DNA of 64,000 nucleotides. Origin: Planctomycetota bacterium. GTDB lineage: Bacteria; Planctomycetota; Planctomycetia; JALXBF01. The notes under the pieces are model-generated. The model did no database searches, was not told where the DNA came from, and saw only the letters and a program-made list of their open reading frames with translations. Of this stretch, positions 36,618 through 48,740 are shown piece by piece; position 1 is the first letter of the stretch; every line of letters begins with the position of its first letter. The stretch covers positions 1 through 64,000 of the forward strand of contig JALXBF010000036.1 in the NCBI GenBank assembly GCA_026991575.1. The letters are read 5' to 3'. A program made the translations under genes and the position numbers.

Positions 36618-37256
36618 ATGGAAACGACGCTCCATCAGCAGTTGAAACGACTTTATGCTGCGGGCGGTGCGGCAGTCGAAGTCCCCGTAGGCGGCTATCG
36701 CGCAGACGCTTCCGTGGGCCGCCTACTGGTCGAGATCCAGTGCTCGACCCTGACGGCGATCCGCCCCAAGCTCCAGACGCTGCTAGGTGCCGGCCACCAC
36801 GTGCTGTTGGTGAAGCCGTTCGCCACGGCAACGCATGTCCGGTACCGGCCCAGCAACCGGCAGCGCACCTATCGGCATGACCGTGTCGCGCTATTCCAGG
36901 AGCTCGTCCCTCTTCGCCACGTGTTCCCGTCTGAGCAGTTGATCGTTGACATTGTGTTCGTTGAACTGCTCGAGGAGCGGCACCGCGAGCGCGGAGCACG
37001 TCACACTCGGTTGGTGGACCGACGTCTGCGGACCGTGAACCGGGTGGTCCGGTTGCGGGAAGGCCCTGATCTGTGGCAGTTGTTGCCGGTGGTACCTTCC
37101 GGTGGCTTTACAACCCGCTGGCTTGCGGAAGCGTGCGGCATTAGTCTGTGGCTGGCCCAGTGCGTAGCGTACTGCTTGCGTGAGTGCGGGGCAGCAAGGC
37201 CCGCCGGCCGCGACGGCCGGTTCCGTCGTTATGAGCCAGTGCTGTCACTGGGCTAA
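36618..37256 (+). CDS. Conserved hypothetical protein with a PD-(D/E)xK-like nuclease motif and a C-terminal wHTH-like region
   Basis: METTLHQQLK...EVPVGGYRADA...LVEIQ; FTTRWLAEACGISLWLAQCVAYCL. Confidence 0.75.
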   Translation: METTLHQQLKRLYAAGGAAVEVPVGGYRADASVGRLLVEIQCSTLTAIRPKLQTLLGAGHHVLLVKPFATATHVRYRPSNRQRTYRHDRVALFQELVPLRHVFPSEQLIVDIVFVELLEERHRERGARHTRLVDRRLRTVNRVVRLREGPDLWQLLPVVPSGGFTTRWLAEACGISLWLAQCVAYCLRECGAARPAGRDGRFRRYEPVLSLG

Positions 37257-37780
37257 TCTTTTGCGGCGGCGAAATGTCCCGGGCCCGTCCGCGCCGCGGG
37301 AGCCGACGTACCGTTTCGATCCTGCGCCGGCCGACAGGCACCGCACGACCAGGTAGCACCGGTGCCCACTCGTGCCCGGACGGCTGCGGGTTGGCGCCCT
37401 CGAAAGGTGCTCGGCAGGGCCCTGCTGCCGCCCCAGACCGTAACGAGCATCTGGCGGATTGCTCATCGGGCAGCATCACGCGCAAAGGCCGCGGGCTGCC
37501 GCGGCAGGGGATCCGTGCTCGGTAGCTGGCCCGCACGGGTTCTTGATTCCGCAACAGGTCTGTTGCGCCGGGGCAACACCGATGCCGTCTTCTGCGGCGG
37601 CAACTGCCCGTCACGGACCGAGTTCGCCGGCCACGTACTATGGAACAGGGATTGCTCATCTAGAATTCGACGGGGTCAGCCAGCCCGTTGGACTTGCCGC
37701 TTACGCCGGTTTTCGCTCAACTCGCGGTGCCCCGATCCGGACCAGTGCTGCGAATCCTTGCGTGGAACGTGCAACTGCCC

Positions 37781-39067
37781 ATGACCACCGCGCTGTCCAA
37801 TCTGGCTGGCTGGTTCCTGGGCTGCCTGGGTCTGGTCACCGGCCATGTGGCCCTTGCCGTGTGGGTGCTGAACGTTTGCTATGGTTTGCCCTGGCCGAAG
37901 CCGCGGCTGAGACGGCTGCGCAAGTTGCATCTGGCGTGGGTCCTGATCGGCACCCCTCTCCTGGTGGTCTGGTTCACACTCAGCTGGTTTGGCCACGATG
38001 TGCCACCGGGCGTCGGCCGGGCCCTGTGGCTGTACACGATCGGTTGCTGGGCAGTAGCGTTGGTCGGTTTTCTGCCCGCTCAGACCGCCCGCTTGCTACG
38101 GCGACGGCCCGAATGGCAGCGGTCCAATCACACGCGCGTCGTGGACCTGGAACGGAAGCTGGGTGTTCGTCCGGTTGCTCGTGGCCCGAAATGGTGGTTT
38201 GCTCTGCTGAAGGGCAACCAGCAGTTTCAGGTTGAGTTTGTGCAGAAGGAGTTTGCTCTGCCTGCCTTGCCGGCCGAGCTGGACGGGGTGACAATCTTGC
38301 ACGTCACCGATCTGCATTTTTCCGGGGTGCTCACCCCCAGGTTCTATGAGGCGATCTTTGCGGAGTTGAGCCACTGGCCCGAGCCAGACATTGTCGCGCT
38401 GACCGGGGATTACATCGACAACGAAGCGTGCTACGACTGGATCCCGGAACTGCTCGGTCAGCTTCGTGGCCGCTTCGCGCAGTTCGCCGTCGTGGGCAAT
38501 CACGACAACTGGTTTGACGTGGCCGGCATTAAGCGGCGGCTGCAAGCGGCTGGCTTTGAGCTCGCACGGCCCGAAGGCCGGATCCTTGAGCTTCACGGAC
38601 GCCGGCTTCTTGTGGCCGGTACGGAATGGCCATGGATCGGCTCACTGCCTGCTCCGGTCGATGCGCACCGCGCGGACTTTGCGCTCTTGTTGAGCCACGG
38701 GCCGGACGTCGCCTACGAAGCTGCCCGCCGGGGCTACCATCTGACTCTGTGTGGCCACAATCACGGCGGGCAGGTACGGCTACCTGTGCTGGGACCGGTC
38801 TACATGCCCAGCCGCTATGGTCGCCGCTTCGACATGGGCCTGTTCCGTGTGGGCGACATGGCGCTGTTCGTTAACAAGGGCCTTGGCGGTGAGCATCCTC
38901 TTCGCATCGGTGCCCGTCCCGAGGTCGCCCTGATCACGCTTCGTGCCGCATCGTTAGAATGCCAGCCACGGCAAGGCGTTCCCCGACGGTGGCGGCAACA
39001 GCATGAGACGACGAGCCTGCCGCAGCGGAAGGCTAAGACGTGCCAGGCGAGTGCCTGCCGGGCCTAG
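37781..39067 (+). CDS. Membrane-anchored metallophosphoesterase (calcineurin-like)
   Basis: Three N-terminal TM helices; TDLH, TGDYID, GNHD, LSHGPD, GHNHGGQ. Confidence 0.9.
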   Translation: MTTALSNLAGWFLGCLGLVTGHVALAVWVLNVCYGLPWPKPRLRRLRKLHLAWVLIGTPLLVVWFTLSWFGHDVPPGVGRALWLYTIGCWAVALVGFLPAQTARLLRRRPEWQRSNHTRVVDLERKLGVRPVARGPKWWFALLKGNQQFQVEFVQKEFALPALPAELDGVTILHVTDLHFSGVLTPRFYEAIFAELSHWPEPDIVALTGDYIDNEACYDWIPELLGQLRGRFAQFAVVGNHDNWFDVAGIKRRLQAAGFELARPEGRILELHGRRLLVAGTEWPWIGSLPAPVDAHRADFALLLSHGPDVAYEAARRGYHLTLCGHNHGGQVRLPVLGPVYMPSRYGRRFDMGLFRVGDMALFVNKGLGGEHPLRIGARPEVALITLRAASLECQPRQGVPRRWRQQHETTSLPQRKAKTCQASACRA

Positions 39068-39190
39068 CCGCAGCAGAGGCGCCGTCGGCCGCCTGTCGTG
39101 CGACAGTCGTCCGGCCCGCGCGCCACGGCCGAACGCCGCCACCCTACGCCCACCGTTCGCGCAACCGGACCGCACACGGAGCATCCCCGC

Positions 39191-39847
39191 ATGGCAGCGA
39201 CCGCGCAGGACGAAGCCAGGTACCGCGATGAAGTGCTCGATCAGTACAGCGGCCTGAAGGGCGCCCTGCTGACGCTGACGGGTTACCTCTCGGGCCATGA
39301 GCAGATGGCCGAGGCGTTCTTTCGCCGGGGCTGGATCGAGCTGGGTCGGTGCTGGCGTGTGCTGGACGTCGGCTGCGGCCTCGGCAGGTTCACGCGACGT
39401 CTGCTCCGGTACGGACCACCGGAGCTGACCGTCTATGCAGCCGACCTGGCATTGCCGATGCTCCGCCGCGCCCGCGCCAGGAGCGGGGCAAGCCGCGTTC
39501 GTTACCTGGCTGCGGACATGAGCCGGCTGCCGCTGCGCTCCGACTACTTTGACGCTGCAATCTGTGGCTGGGTGCTGGAACACCTGCCCGAGCCGGAAGC
39601 AGGTCTGCGCGAGCTGGCTCGGGTCGTACGGCCCGGTGGATCCATCTACGTGTTCGTCACCGAAGACTCCTTGCCCGGTCGTCTCTCCGGTTGGCTCTGG
39701 CACTGCTTCCCGCAGAACCGCGTGGCGTTCCTGGACTGTTGCCGCCGGGTGGGGCTGGAGCTGGAGCGGGAGCTGTGGTGGACGCCGATTCATCGGCTGC
39801 TCGGGCTCGGGGGAATCACCCTGGCGCTGCGCCGTCCCGCTGTGTGA
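39191..39847 (+). CDS. Class I SAM-dependent methyltransferase
   Basis: VLDVGCGLG; ADMSRLPL..DYFD; LEHLPEP...ELARVVRPGG. Confidence 0.9.
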   Translation: MAATAQDEARYRDEVLDQYSGLKGALLTLTGYLSGHEQMAEAFFRRGWIELGRCWRVLDVGCGLGRFTRRLLRYGPPELTVYAADLALPMLRRARARSGASRVRYLAADMSRLPLRSDYFDAAICGWVLEHLPEPEAGLRELARVVRPGGSIYVFVTEDSLPGRLSGWLWHCFPQNRVAFLDCCRRVGLELERELWWTPIHRLLGLGGITLALRRPAV

Positions 39848-40075
39848 ATCCCCCCTCCACGGGCTTCAACGATCACGGCACAGTGCCGCTGGCGCGATCC
39901 GGAGCGAACGTTTCGCGGAAGCTGCAGCTCTCCGCCTGATCCCTCACCCCGGCACCGCGGTCCAGTTCTAGCCTGGCCACGTGGTCCCTGGCTGTGTTGG
40001 CTCATTGGACAGCCGCGTCCGGGCCGTCACCGTCGCACGAACGTCGCTCGCACAGCCGCACCGGCGCGCCCCCCT

Positions 40076-42076
40076 TCACCACGCACGCCACGGTCCGCGC
40101 CACATCCAGGGCCGGTGGCCCGCAGGACTATAGTGCAGTTCGACTTCGCGCATCGGTCGCGGCACACGCAGCACCAGAAACGGCACCGGATCGTCTCCCA
40201 CGCGTTCCGGCCGGATCGTCACGGGCGGTTCGGACCGCCAGCCCGGCATGTAGTGCAGCGACAACAGCAATTCACCCCGTTCGTCGGGCTCCACCCCGCG
40301 AAGCACGATCCGGTTCAACGACTGCTCCACTTCCTTGACCCGGCCACGCAGCGCCCAACCGGTCGGCAGGTTGACAACGAACACGTAGTAGCGGTCCTCG
40401 CCGGGCCGGGTACTGGACCGCGGAAGCACGGCAACCTGCCGGCAGAACGGCAGAGCACCGAACACTTCCGTTGATCCCGGCTGATCAGCCTCATGCTGAG
40501 AGCGGGACCAGGTCACGACCCAGCCGATGTTGTAGCGAACCAGGAACTCACGCAGCTCGTCCGGACGCCATTGCCCGATTGGTCGACCGGCCAGGTGTCG
40601 GTCACCGAAGGATGCATAGCGGTGCGGCAGAGGCGTCAGCTCGTACAGGCCACCGATAAAGGTCCGGCCGGTCAGCCACGGCAGTAGTGGTGTCCAGTGG
40701 GTCGATTCCGGGTCGGTCGCCTCCCAGAGCCGCAGCTGGTCCTCGAACAGAATCCGATGTTCCCCAGTGGTCGCTTGCTTCAGCGTCCGGACCAGCGCAT
40801 GCATCTCGGGCCGCAGCCCCGCAGGTAGCGGCCGCTTCATGCTGAGCCGAACGCGGCTAGCCGGCAGCGTCGCGCGAGCAACGAGTAGGAGCGTCGCCCC
40901 AGCCGCGATCGAGACAGCCACGAACTGTGTCAGTTCGCGGCCATCTCCGAGTTTCTTGGGCCAGGGCCGCTGCAGTTCAAGTACCCCCCTCGATGCCAGC
41001 ACGACCAGCATCAGAGCCAGTGGTACCTGGAAACGCACCGGTTCCAGCGTCCGGGTCAGCGACCACAGGCTGCCGCCAAAGGTCAGCACGGCCAGATACG
41101 CCCCGTGCAATAACCACAGGCCCAGGCTGCTAGCTCGAGCCGGCTGCCTGCCGTGGGCCGCCAGCGCCGGTATCGACCACAGCAGGGCGATTGTCGGCAG
41201 GTGGGCGTCCGCGCGGTAGCTCCACCAGCCCACAAAATAGTCCACGACAAAGAACACCGACGTCGCTTGCAGAAACGGAGTCGCAGCGGAGCGGGCGGCA
41301 AAGTGAACCATCAGCGGCCACCACCACGGCCATGTAGCAATCAGGGCCACTAGAGCCCCTGCCACGGCGGTTGCCCACCAGCTCAGCGACCAACGCGCCC
41401 GCATCACCACCCAGCAGATCACTGCCGGCAATACCTGGATAACAAAGGTCGGATGCCCCTGAAGGCCGGCGGTTGCTAACAGCGTGCACAGCAACCATCG
41501 ACGCAGTGTCCATCGGCCATCGTGGCTCGCCAGGGCAGCAATGAGTAACGTCGCCAGGGCAGCACTCCAGAGAAACGCGACCAGCCCGCTACGGAGTAGG
41601 CCGTTCGGATAGCCGACCCACCAGTAGAGCACGGTCAGCCACAGAGACACGACCGCGGCCCCAGGCTGTCGCCACAGCAACCAGGCAGCCCCGGCCACGC
41701 ACACCGGTGCGGCCAGCGTCGTAGCAAAGACCGCCATCTTGTAGGCAGCCGGTCCGGAAGCGATCAGCTGACTGAGTTCCGCCAGATTGGCCGACGGGTC
41801 GAACAGCGGAGTGCGCGGATAACCGGCCATGAAGTTCGGGTCATACGCGCAGACTCTGCCCGACGACCGTATAGCCGCAGCACCGAGGACGCCGTGGTAG
41901 TAGTGCAGTGCGTGATCCACGGCGACAACGGGGGCGTCGTCGGTCAGTCGCTTCAGGCTGCCGAAGAGGCTAAGCGTGCGTTCCGCATGGAGGGCAAGCG
42001 CAGCAGAGGCGGCCACCGCCCCCGCAAGCACCGTCGTCCAGGAGTTCGAACGAGTTCGTTCGGTCGAATCGCACAC
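40076..42076 (-). CDS. Multi-pass membrane protein, GT-C glycosyltransferase-like
   Basis: DHALHYYHG...YDPNFMAGYP loop after the first TM helix, about 11-13 TM helices, soluble C-terminal domain. The family is inferred. Confidence 0.65.
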   Translation of the reverse strand: MCDSTERTRSNSWTTVLAGAVAASAALALHAERTLSLFGSLKRLTDDAPVVAVDHALHYYHGVLGAAAIRSSGRVCAYDPNFMAGYPRTPLFDPSANLAELSQLIASGPAAYKMAVFATTLAAPVCVAGAAWLLWRQPGAAVVSLWLTVLYWWVGYPNGLLRSGLVAFLWSAALATLLIAALASHDGRWTLRRWLLCTLLATAGLQGHPTFVIQVLPAVICWVVMRARWSLSWWATAVAGALVALIATWPWWWPLMVHFAARSAATPFLQATSVFFVVDYFVGWWSYRADAHLPTIALLWSIPALAAHGRQPARASSLGLWLLHGAYLAVLTFGGSLWSLTRTLEPVRFQVPLALMLVVLASRGVLELQRPWPKKLGDGRELTQFVAVSIAAGATLLLVARATLPASRVRLSMKRPLPAGLRPEMHALVRTLKQATTGEHRILFEDQLRLWEATDPESTHWTPLLPWLTGRTFIGGLYELTPLPHRYASFGDRHLAGRPIGQWRPDELREFLVRYNIGWVVTWSRSQHEADQPGSTEVFGALPFCRQVAVLPRSSTRPGEDRYYVFVVNLPTGWALRGRVKEVEQSLNRIVLRGVEPDERGELLLSLHYMPGWRSEPPVTIRPERVGDDPVPFLVLRVPRPMREVELHYSPAGHRPWMWRGPWRAW

Positions 42077-42526
42077 CGCAGGGACAACTCAGGTCGTTTC
42101 ACGTATGCCGCTCTGCGACTGTCGCAACGCGGGGTAGCGTTACACAAGGTTACCGGCCGCTTCCAGCGGGGGTAACCGTGGACGAGCGTGTACGCCCTGC
42201 GTCGCGGAACCGCAACGGCGGTTGCCTGGTGCCAGGCGGCCCGTGAGCTTGCGCCCGGGCCGACCCGAAGACGCAGCTCTGTGAGGAACTCCCGCACCGT
42301 CCGGCTTGCTGCCACGGAACGCAGCCTCCGGTAATCAGGCCGAACAGGAAGCTATCGCGCCCGTTCCCGGCGAGCGCACCGTCCGGGCAGCAGAGGCGGC
42401 GGACAGCGTGCATGGGTGTCAGAGCCGCGGGAGTTGCGGCCCGGTTCGTTAGAATGCAGTGGTTCGCACGAATGCACGGGGAGGAGCTGGCCGTTCGGTG
42501 TCCTGGCCGGTTGTCGTTGTGTCATC

Positions 42527-43489
42527 GTGGCCAAGAGGTTGTCATTCCTGCCAAGTCGCCGTGAATGGCTCTCCGTCGCATGCCGCCTGCTGGTTGGAGC
42601 GTCGCTGTGCGCTTCGAGCTCTTGCCTCCGACAGCGTGGGCCGCGCGTACCTGACGCGCAGGTAATCGGCGGACCGGGCCGGCGGCCGGGGCGGTTCCAG
42701 ACGCCACGTGCGCTGGCGTTGGACCCGCGTGGCCAGCTTTATGTTGCCGACATGACGGACCGGATCCAGGTCTTCGATTTCGAGGGCCGTCTACTTCGTT
42801 GGTGGCGTCTGCCCGACTTCAACGTCGATGGCCCCACCGGCCTGGACGTCGATGCCGAAGGCAATGTGGTCGTGACGGATACTCACCTGTACCGGATCCT
42901 GGTATGCTCACCGGAGGGAACGGTGCGGGCGTCCATCGGTGGGGTCATGGGCTCGGGGCCGGGTCAATTTACCAGTCTTCGTCACGTTGCCGTCCGACCG
43001 CATGGCAAGGGCTATGTGACCACGGAGTCGGGGGGCAACGATCGCGTGCAGGTTTTCGATCGCGATGGTGTGCCGGTCGCCTGGTGGGGTAGCCATGGCA
43101 CGCGACTGGGCCAGTTCCGGAGGCCCGAGGCTGTGGAGGTAACGGCAACTGAGGAAATCATCGTTGCCGATTCTTGCAATCACCGCATCCAGGTCTTTTC
43201 GCCGGACGGCGAGCTACTGCGGTGGTGGGGCTCGCCCGGTCGGGCCTTGGGCCAGCTACTGTATCCGTACGACCTATTCCTTGCATCCGACGGGCTGCTG
43301 TACGTGTGCGAATTCGGCAATCACCGGATCCAGCGCTTCACGCTGGCGGGGGATCCGGTGGACACATGGGGCGGACCGGGGCGCGACCCTGGTCGCATGG
43401 CGGGTCCGTGGTCGGTGGTCGTGACCGAAGGTAGGACCGTCTTCGTGGCCGACGGCTCAAACCACCGCGTGCTGCGGTTCGAAGTGTAG
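42527..43489 (+). CDS. NHL-repeat beta-propeller protein, possible Tat lipoprotein
   Basis: SRREWL...SSSC; six repeats of the form G..PGQF..P..v......yVaD..NhRiQvF. Confidence 0.88.
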   Translation: MAKRLSFLPSRREWLSVACRLLVGASLCASSSCLRQRGPRVPDAQVIGGPGRRPGRFQTPRALALDPRGQLYVADMTDRIQVFDFEGRLLRWWRLPDFNVDGPTGLDVDAEGNVVVTDTHLYRILVCSPEGTVRASIGGVMGSGPGQFTSLRHVAVRPHGKGYVTTESGGNDRVQVFDRDGVPVAWWGSHGTRLGQFRRPEAVEVTATEEIIVADSCNHRIQVFSPDGELLRWWGSPGRALGQLLYPYDLFLASDGLLYVCEFGNHRIQRFTLAGDPVDTWGGPGRDPGRMAGPWSVVVTEGRTVFVADGSNHRVLRFEV

Positions 43490-43506
43490 AGGGCCACTAC
43501 CAGGGA

Positions 43507-46500
43507 GTGGCTTCGGGCGTGTTGGCGGAACTGCTTCGAGAAGGAGTCATCCTGCTTGTGCTGCTGCTGGCGGCAGCCGCAGCCATCGCTCTGCTGCGCC
43601 GCCGGCTGACCGGACCGGCCGTGCCTTGGCTGAGTGCCAGCCTCGTGCTTCTGACACTGGCTGCGGTGTCGGGCACCGTCTGGCATTATCACGGCGAGAC
43701 GCTGCGTGCGTTCGTTGCCCGGCTTTCGGTGGACCGCCCCTGGTGGCTGCTTGCGCTGGGCGTGCTGCCGGTGCTGGGCTACTGGAGCCACCGGTCGCTT
43801 GCTCCCCTGGGGCCGGGACGCCGCGTTGTGGCGCTGCTGTTGCGTGGTCTGGTCGTTTCTCTCCTGGTCCTTGCGCTGGCCGGACTGAACTGGCTGATTC
43901 CCAGCGACCGGCTGGCCGTGCTGTTCGTCATCGATGTGTCGCGTTCCATTCCGCGTGAACAGTTGCGGCGTGCCCAGCGGTGGGTAGACAGTCAGCTTGC
44001 GGCCAAGCCGGCCGAGGACCTTGCTGGCGTGGTCTACTTCGCCGGCGTCCCACGGCTGGAGATTCCTCCCGTGGAGTACGCGGAGCTACGGGATCCGGAA
44101 GGGGACGTAGCCGATGAGGCCACCGATATAGCTGCCGCGCTCCGTCTGGCACAGGCCGCCTTCCCCGACGGTGCGGCTCGCCGGATCGTGCTGGTGACCG
44201 ATGGCAACGAGACCACCGGAGACGCTCTGATTGCTGCCCAGGCGAGCGCCTCCGATCAGATTCCGATCGATGTCTTTCCGATTCGCTACCGGTACCGATC
44301 GGAGGTCATGGTCGACCGTGTTCTGGTTGCGCCTCAGGCTCACGTTGGCGAGGCGTTACGGGTGCGGGTTGTCCTACGCGCGACCGAACCGGTCTCTGGC
44401 ACGCTCCGACTGTACGCCCGCGGTGGCGGTCGCCAATTCCTGGTGGGCGAGAAACCGGTCCGGCTGGTCCGCGTGGCCGGCACGACGGGCGACATTGTGC
44501 ATGCGGAGGATTTCATCTTCGACGTGACCGAGCCGCAGTTCTACGAGTTTCTTGCGCAGTTCGAACCCGACGACCCAGCAGCCGATCGCATTGCCGCCAA
44601 CAACACGCTCACCTCATTCAGTTACGTGCGCGGCCAGGCCAAGGTGTTGCTTGTGGCGCGCGAGCCAAAGGAAGCGAACCTGCTGCAGCAGGTGCTGGCG
44701 GCCGAGCAGTTCGAGGTGCGCCTGATCCGACCGCCGGAGTTACCGGCACGGCATTCTGAGCTGTACGCCTACGACCTGGTCGTGCTCAACGACGTTCCGC
44801 TGACGGACGTCCAGCTCGATGCCGGTGGTAACGTCATCAGCGAGTATGCCATCACGGATGCGCAGCTGACGGCGATCGAGCGGGCCGTGCACGATCTTGG
44901 CACCGGGCTCGTCTGCATTGGCGGTCCTCATTCGTTTGGCGCGGGCGGTTACAACGACACCCCGCTGGAGCGGGCGCTGCCCGTAACCATGGATGTTCCC
45001 GGTCTGAAGGTTGTCCCGAACGGTGCGCTGGTATGCATCTTCCACGCCTCGGAGATGCCCCGCGGCAACTTCTGGCAGAAGGTGATAGCCAAGGAGGCGA
45101 TCCGCGTCTTGGGTCCGCGCGACGAAATCGGCGTCATCGCCTGGCGCGGCATTACGTCGTGGATTCACCCGCTCCAACCCGCCGGCAACAAACGTGTTGT
45201 CCTGGCACGCGTGGACACAATGGTGCCAGGTGACATGCCCGATTTTGATCCTGGGCTGCGCCTGGCATTGCGTGCGCTGCGTCAGAGCAAGGCCATGTTG
45301 AAACACATCATCGTCATCAGTGATGGCGATCCGACGCCACCGACGCCGCAAGTGATCCAGGGGTTGCGGCAGAACAAGATCACGGTCACGGCCGTGGCCG
45401 TGGCCACACACGGAGGTACCGGCCGGGGTACCATGCGCGACCTTGCGCGGCTGACCGGTGGCCGCTTCTACGACGTCGTGAATCCCCGCACCCTGCCGCG
45501 GATCTTCCAGAAAGAAGCCCGCGTTGTGGCCAGGTCGCTGATCTACGAACGCCCCACACCCTGGCAGCCCACCGTGCGTGTTCTCACCGACCCGCTCACG
45601 GGCCTTGCCCCCGAGCAACTGCCTGGCATCACCGGCTATGTGACCACCACGGCCAAGGAAAGCGAGTTGGTGGAGGTGCCGATTGTGTCCCGCGTTCCGC
45701 TGCCCGATCAGCCCGCCCCCATCCTCGCGCACTGGCGATACGGCGTGGGCAAGTCGGTCGCCTTCACGAGCGATGCCGGTGCCCGCTGGACGAAGCTCTG
45801 GCTGAACTGGCCCGGCGTCCGGCAGTTCTGGGGTCAGATCTTCCGGTGGGCCACGCGCGAGCTGCGCTCGGACAACTTCCGGATCACCGCGCACCACGAA
45901 GACGGCCGCCTGCGGATCGTGGCGGACGTGCTGGACGAACAGAAGACCCCGGTTAACTTTGCGAACGTGGTCGCCCGAGTGATCAGCCCGAGCCTGAAGT
46001 CAGCCGAGGTGAAGCTACGTCAGGTGGCTCCGGGGCGGTACGAAGGCAGCCTGGAGGCGACCGAAGAGGGCAGCTACTTCATCGGCGCCGTGGCACTCGT
46101 TCCCGGCAAAGGTCCGGTGCAAACGGTCAGTGGCCTGACGGTGCCGTACTCGCAGGAGTACGCGTTCCTGGAATCGAACGAGGTCATCTTGCAGAGTGTG
46201 GCATCAATCACGGGCGGACTGCTGGTCGAACCGGCCGAGGCGCAGAGCGCCCGCTACAGCGCGTTCCGACACGATTTGCCACCACAGATCAGGGCCCGGC
46301 CGCTCTGGCCATGGCTGCTGTTCCTGGCGGCCTGCCTGTTCCTGGCCGACGTGGCCAATCGGAAGATCGCCTTTAGCCTCGAGCCGATCCGCCGATGGCG
46401 TGCCGAGTACCGCGAGCGGCGCCGGCGTGAACTAGCTCGACGTGACGAGCGTCTGGAGCGGCTCCGCCGCCGCAAACAGGAACTGACCGCGCAGTGGGAA

Positions 46501-46763
46501 CAACTCAAGCAGCCGCCTCCTGCCAGCGTGCCCGAGCTTGAGCCCGCCGAGTCGATTCGGCCAGCAGCGTCCACGCCGACCACCACCACGGCACCGGACA
46601 TACGGTCGCCGCATGCCGAGACGCCGGCCGGCCAGACGCAGCAGGAAGAACTGAGCGAATCGTACACGCAGCGGTTGCTGGCGGCCAAGCGCAAGGTTTG
46701 GGAATCGCGTGGCTCGCTGCGTCCGCCCTCTGAGCATCCGGATCAGCAAGGGGAGAGCAAGCA

Positions 46764-46767
<4 letters not shown>
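43507..46767 (+). CDS. Large membrane protein with VWA and GATase-like domains
   Basis: MIDAS DVSRS; LVTDGNET; IGGPHSFGAGGY..TPLERALPV; IVISDGD; WRYGVGKSVAFTSDA; C-terminal TM helix. Confidence 0.88.
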
Positions 46768-47798
<1,031 letters not shown>

Positions 47799-47813
47799 CA
47801 CGGACAAGAGGCG

Positions 47814-48734
47814 ATGTCATCCGAGGCCACCACGACGCGGCAAGAGACTCACGACCCACACGGCCTGCTGAGCCCCGAGTTCCTGCGCACGCTCGAACGG
47901 CTCGAGCTGGTCAGTCGCAGGATATTGATCGGCCGGCTCAAAGGGGAGAGACGTTCGAGGCGCAAGGGACAAAGCGTTGAGTTTGCCGACTACCGCGACT
48001 ACGTTCCCGGGGACGACCTGCGATTCCTGGACTGGAACGTCTACGGCCGGCTCGATCGCCTGTTCCTCAAGCTCTTCGTCGAAGAGGAAGACCTGCACTT
48101 TCACGTACTGCTGGACGTCAGCGAGTCGATGGGCTACGGAGCGCCGGCGAAGCTGCGTACTGCCTGCCAGTTTGCTGCTGCGCTGGCCTTCGTCGGTTTG
48201 ATCGGTCAGGACCGAGTAGCCGTGCACGCGATCACCGATGGTGTCGTCGCCGGAACGGGCGGCTTGCGGGGGCGCCGCTCCGTGTTTCGACTGCTGGAGT
48301 TCCTTCAGGGCCTGCGAGCTCAGGCACCGGGCAACCTGAACCTGGCACTGCGTCGGTTCGCGGCTGCCCATCGCACGCCGGGCATCGTGCTGGTGCTGAC
48401 CGACTTCCTGGACAAGCATGGCTACGAGAGCGGACTTCGCTACCTGTTGGCCACTGGCATGGACGTCCATGTGGTCCAGGTTCTGGCGTGGGAAGAACTG
48501 GATCCGCCGCTGCGCGGCGACCTGAAGCTCGTCGACATAGAGGACGGCGACGAAGTGGAGGTATCCGTCAGTGCACCACTGCTGGAGCACTACCGCCGAC
48601 GGGTCCGAGCGTTTTGCCGGGCGATCGAGCAGTGGTGTGTCGCGCGAGGAATCAGCTACCTGCTGGCCACCACGACGATGGACCCCGAAAAACTCGTCCT
48701 GGAACACTTCCGCAAAGTGGGCCTGTTGAGGTAA
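47814..48734 (+). CDS. DUF58 domain protein
   Basis: GQSVEFADYRDYVPGDDLRFLDWN; LLDVSESM. Confidence 0.93.
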   Translation: MSSEATTTRQETHDPHGLLSPEFLRTLERLELVSRRILIGRLKGERRSRRKGQSVEFADYRDYVPGDDLRFLDWNVYGRLDRLFLKLFVEEEDLHFHVLLDVSESMGYGAPAKLRTACQFAAALAFVGLIGQDRVAVHAITDGVVAGTGGLRGRRSVFRLLEFLQGLRAQAPGNLNLALRRFAAAHRTPGIVLVLTDFLDKHGYESGLRYLLATGMDVHVVQVLAWEELDPPLRGDLKLVDIEDGDEVEVSVSAPLLEHYRRRVRAFCRAIEQWCVARGISYLLATTTMDPEKLVLEHFRKVGLLR

Positions 48735-48740
48735 ACGGCA

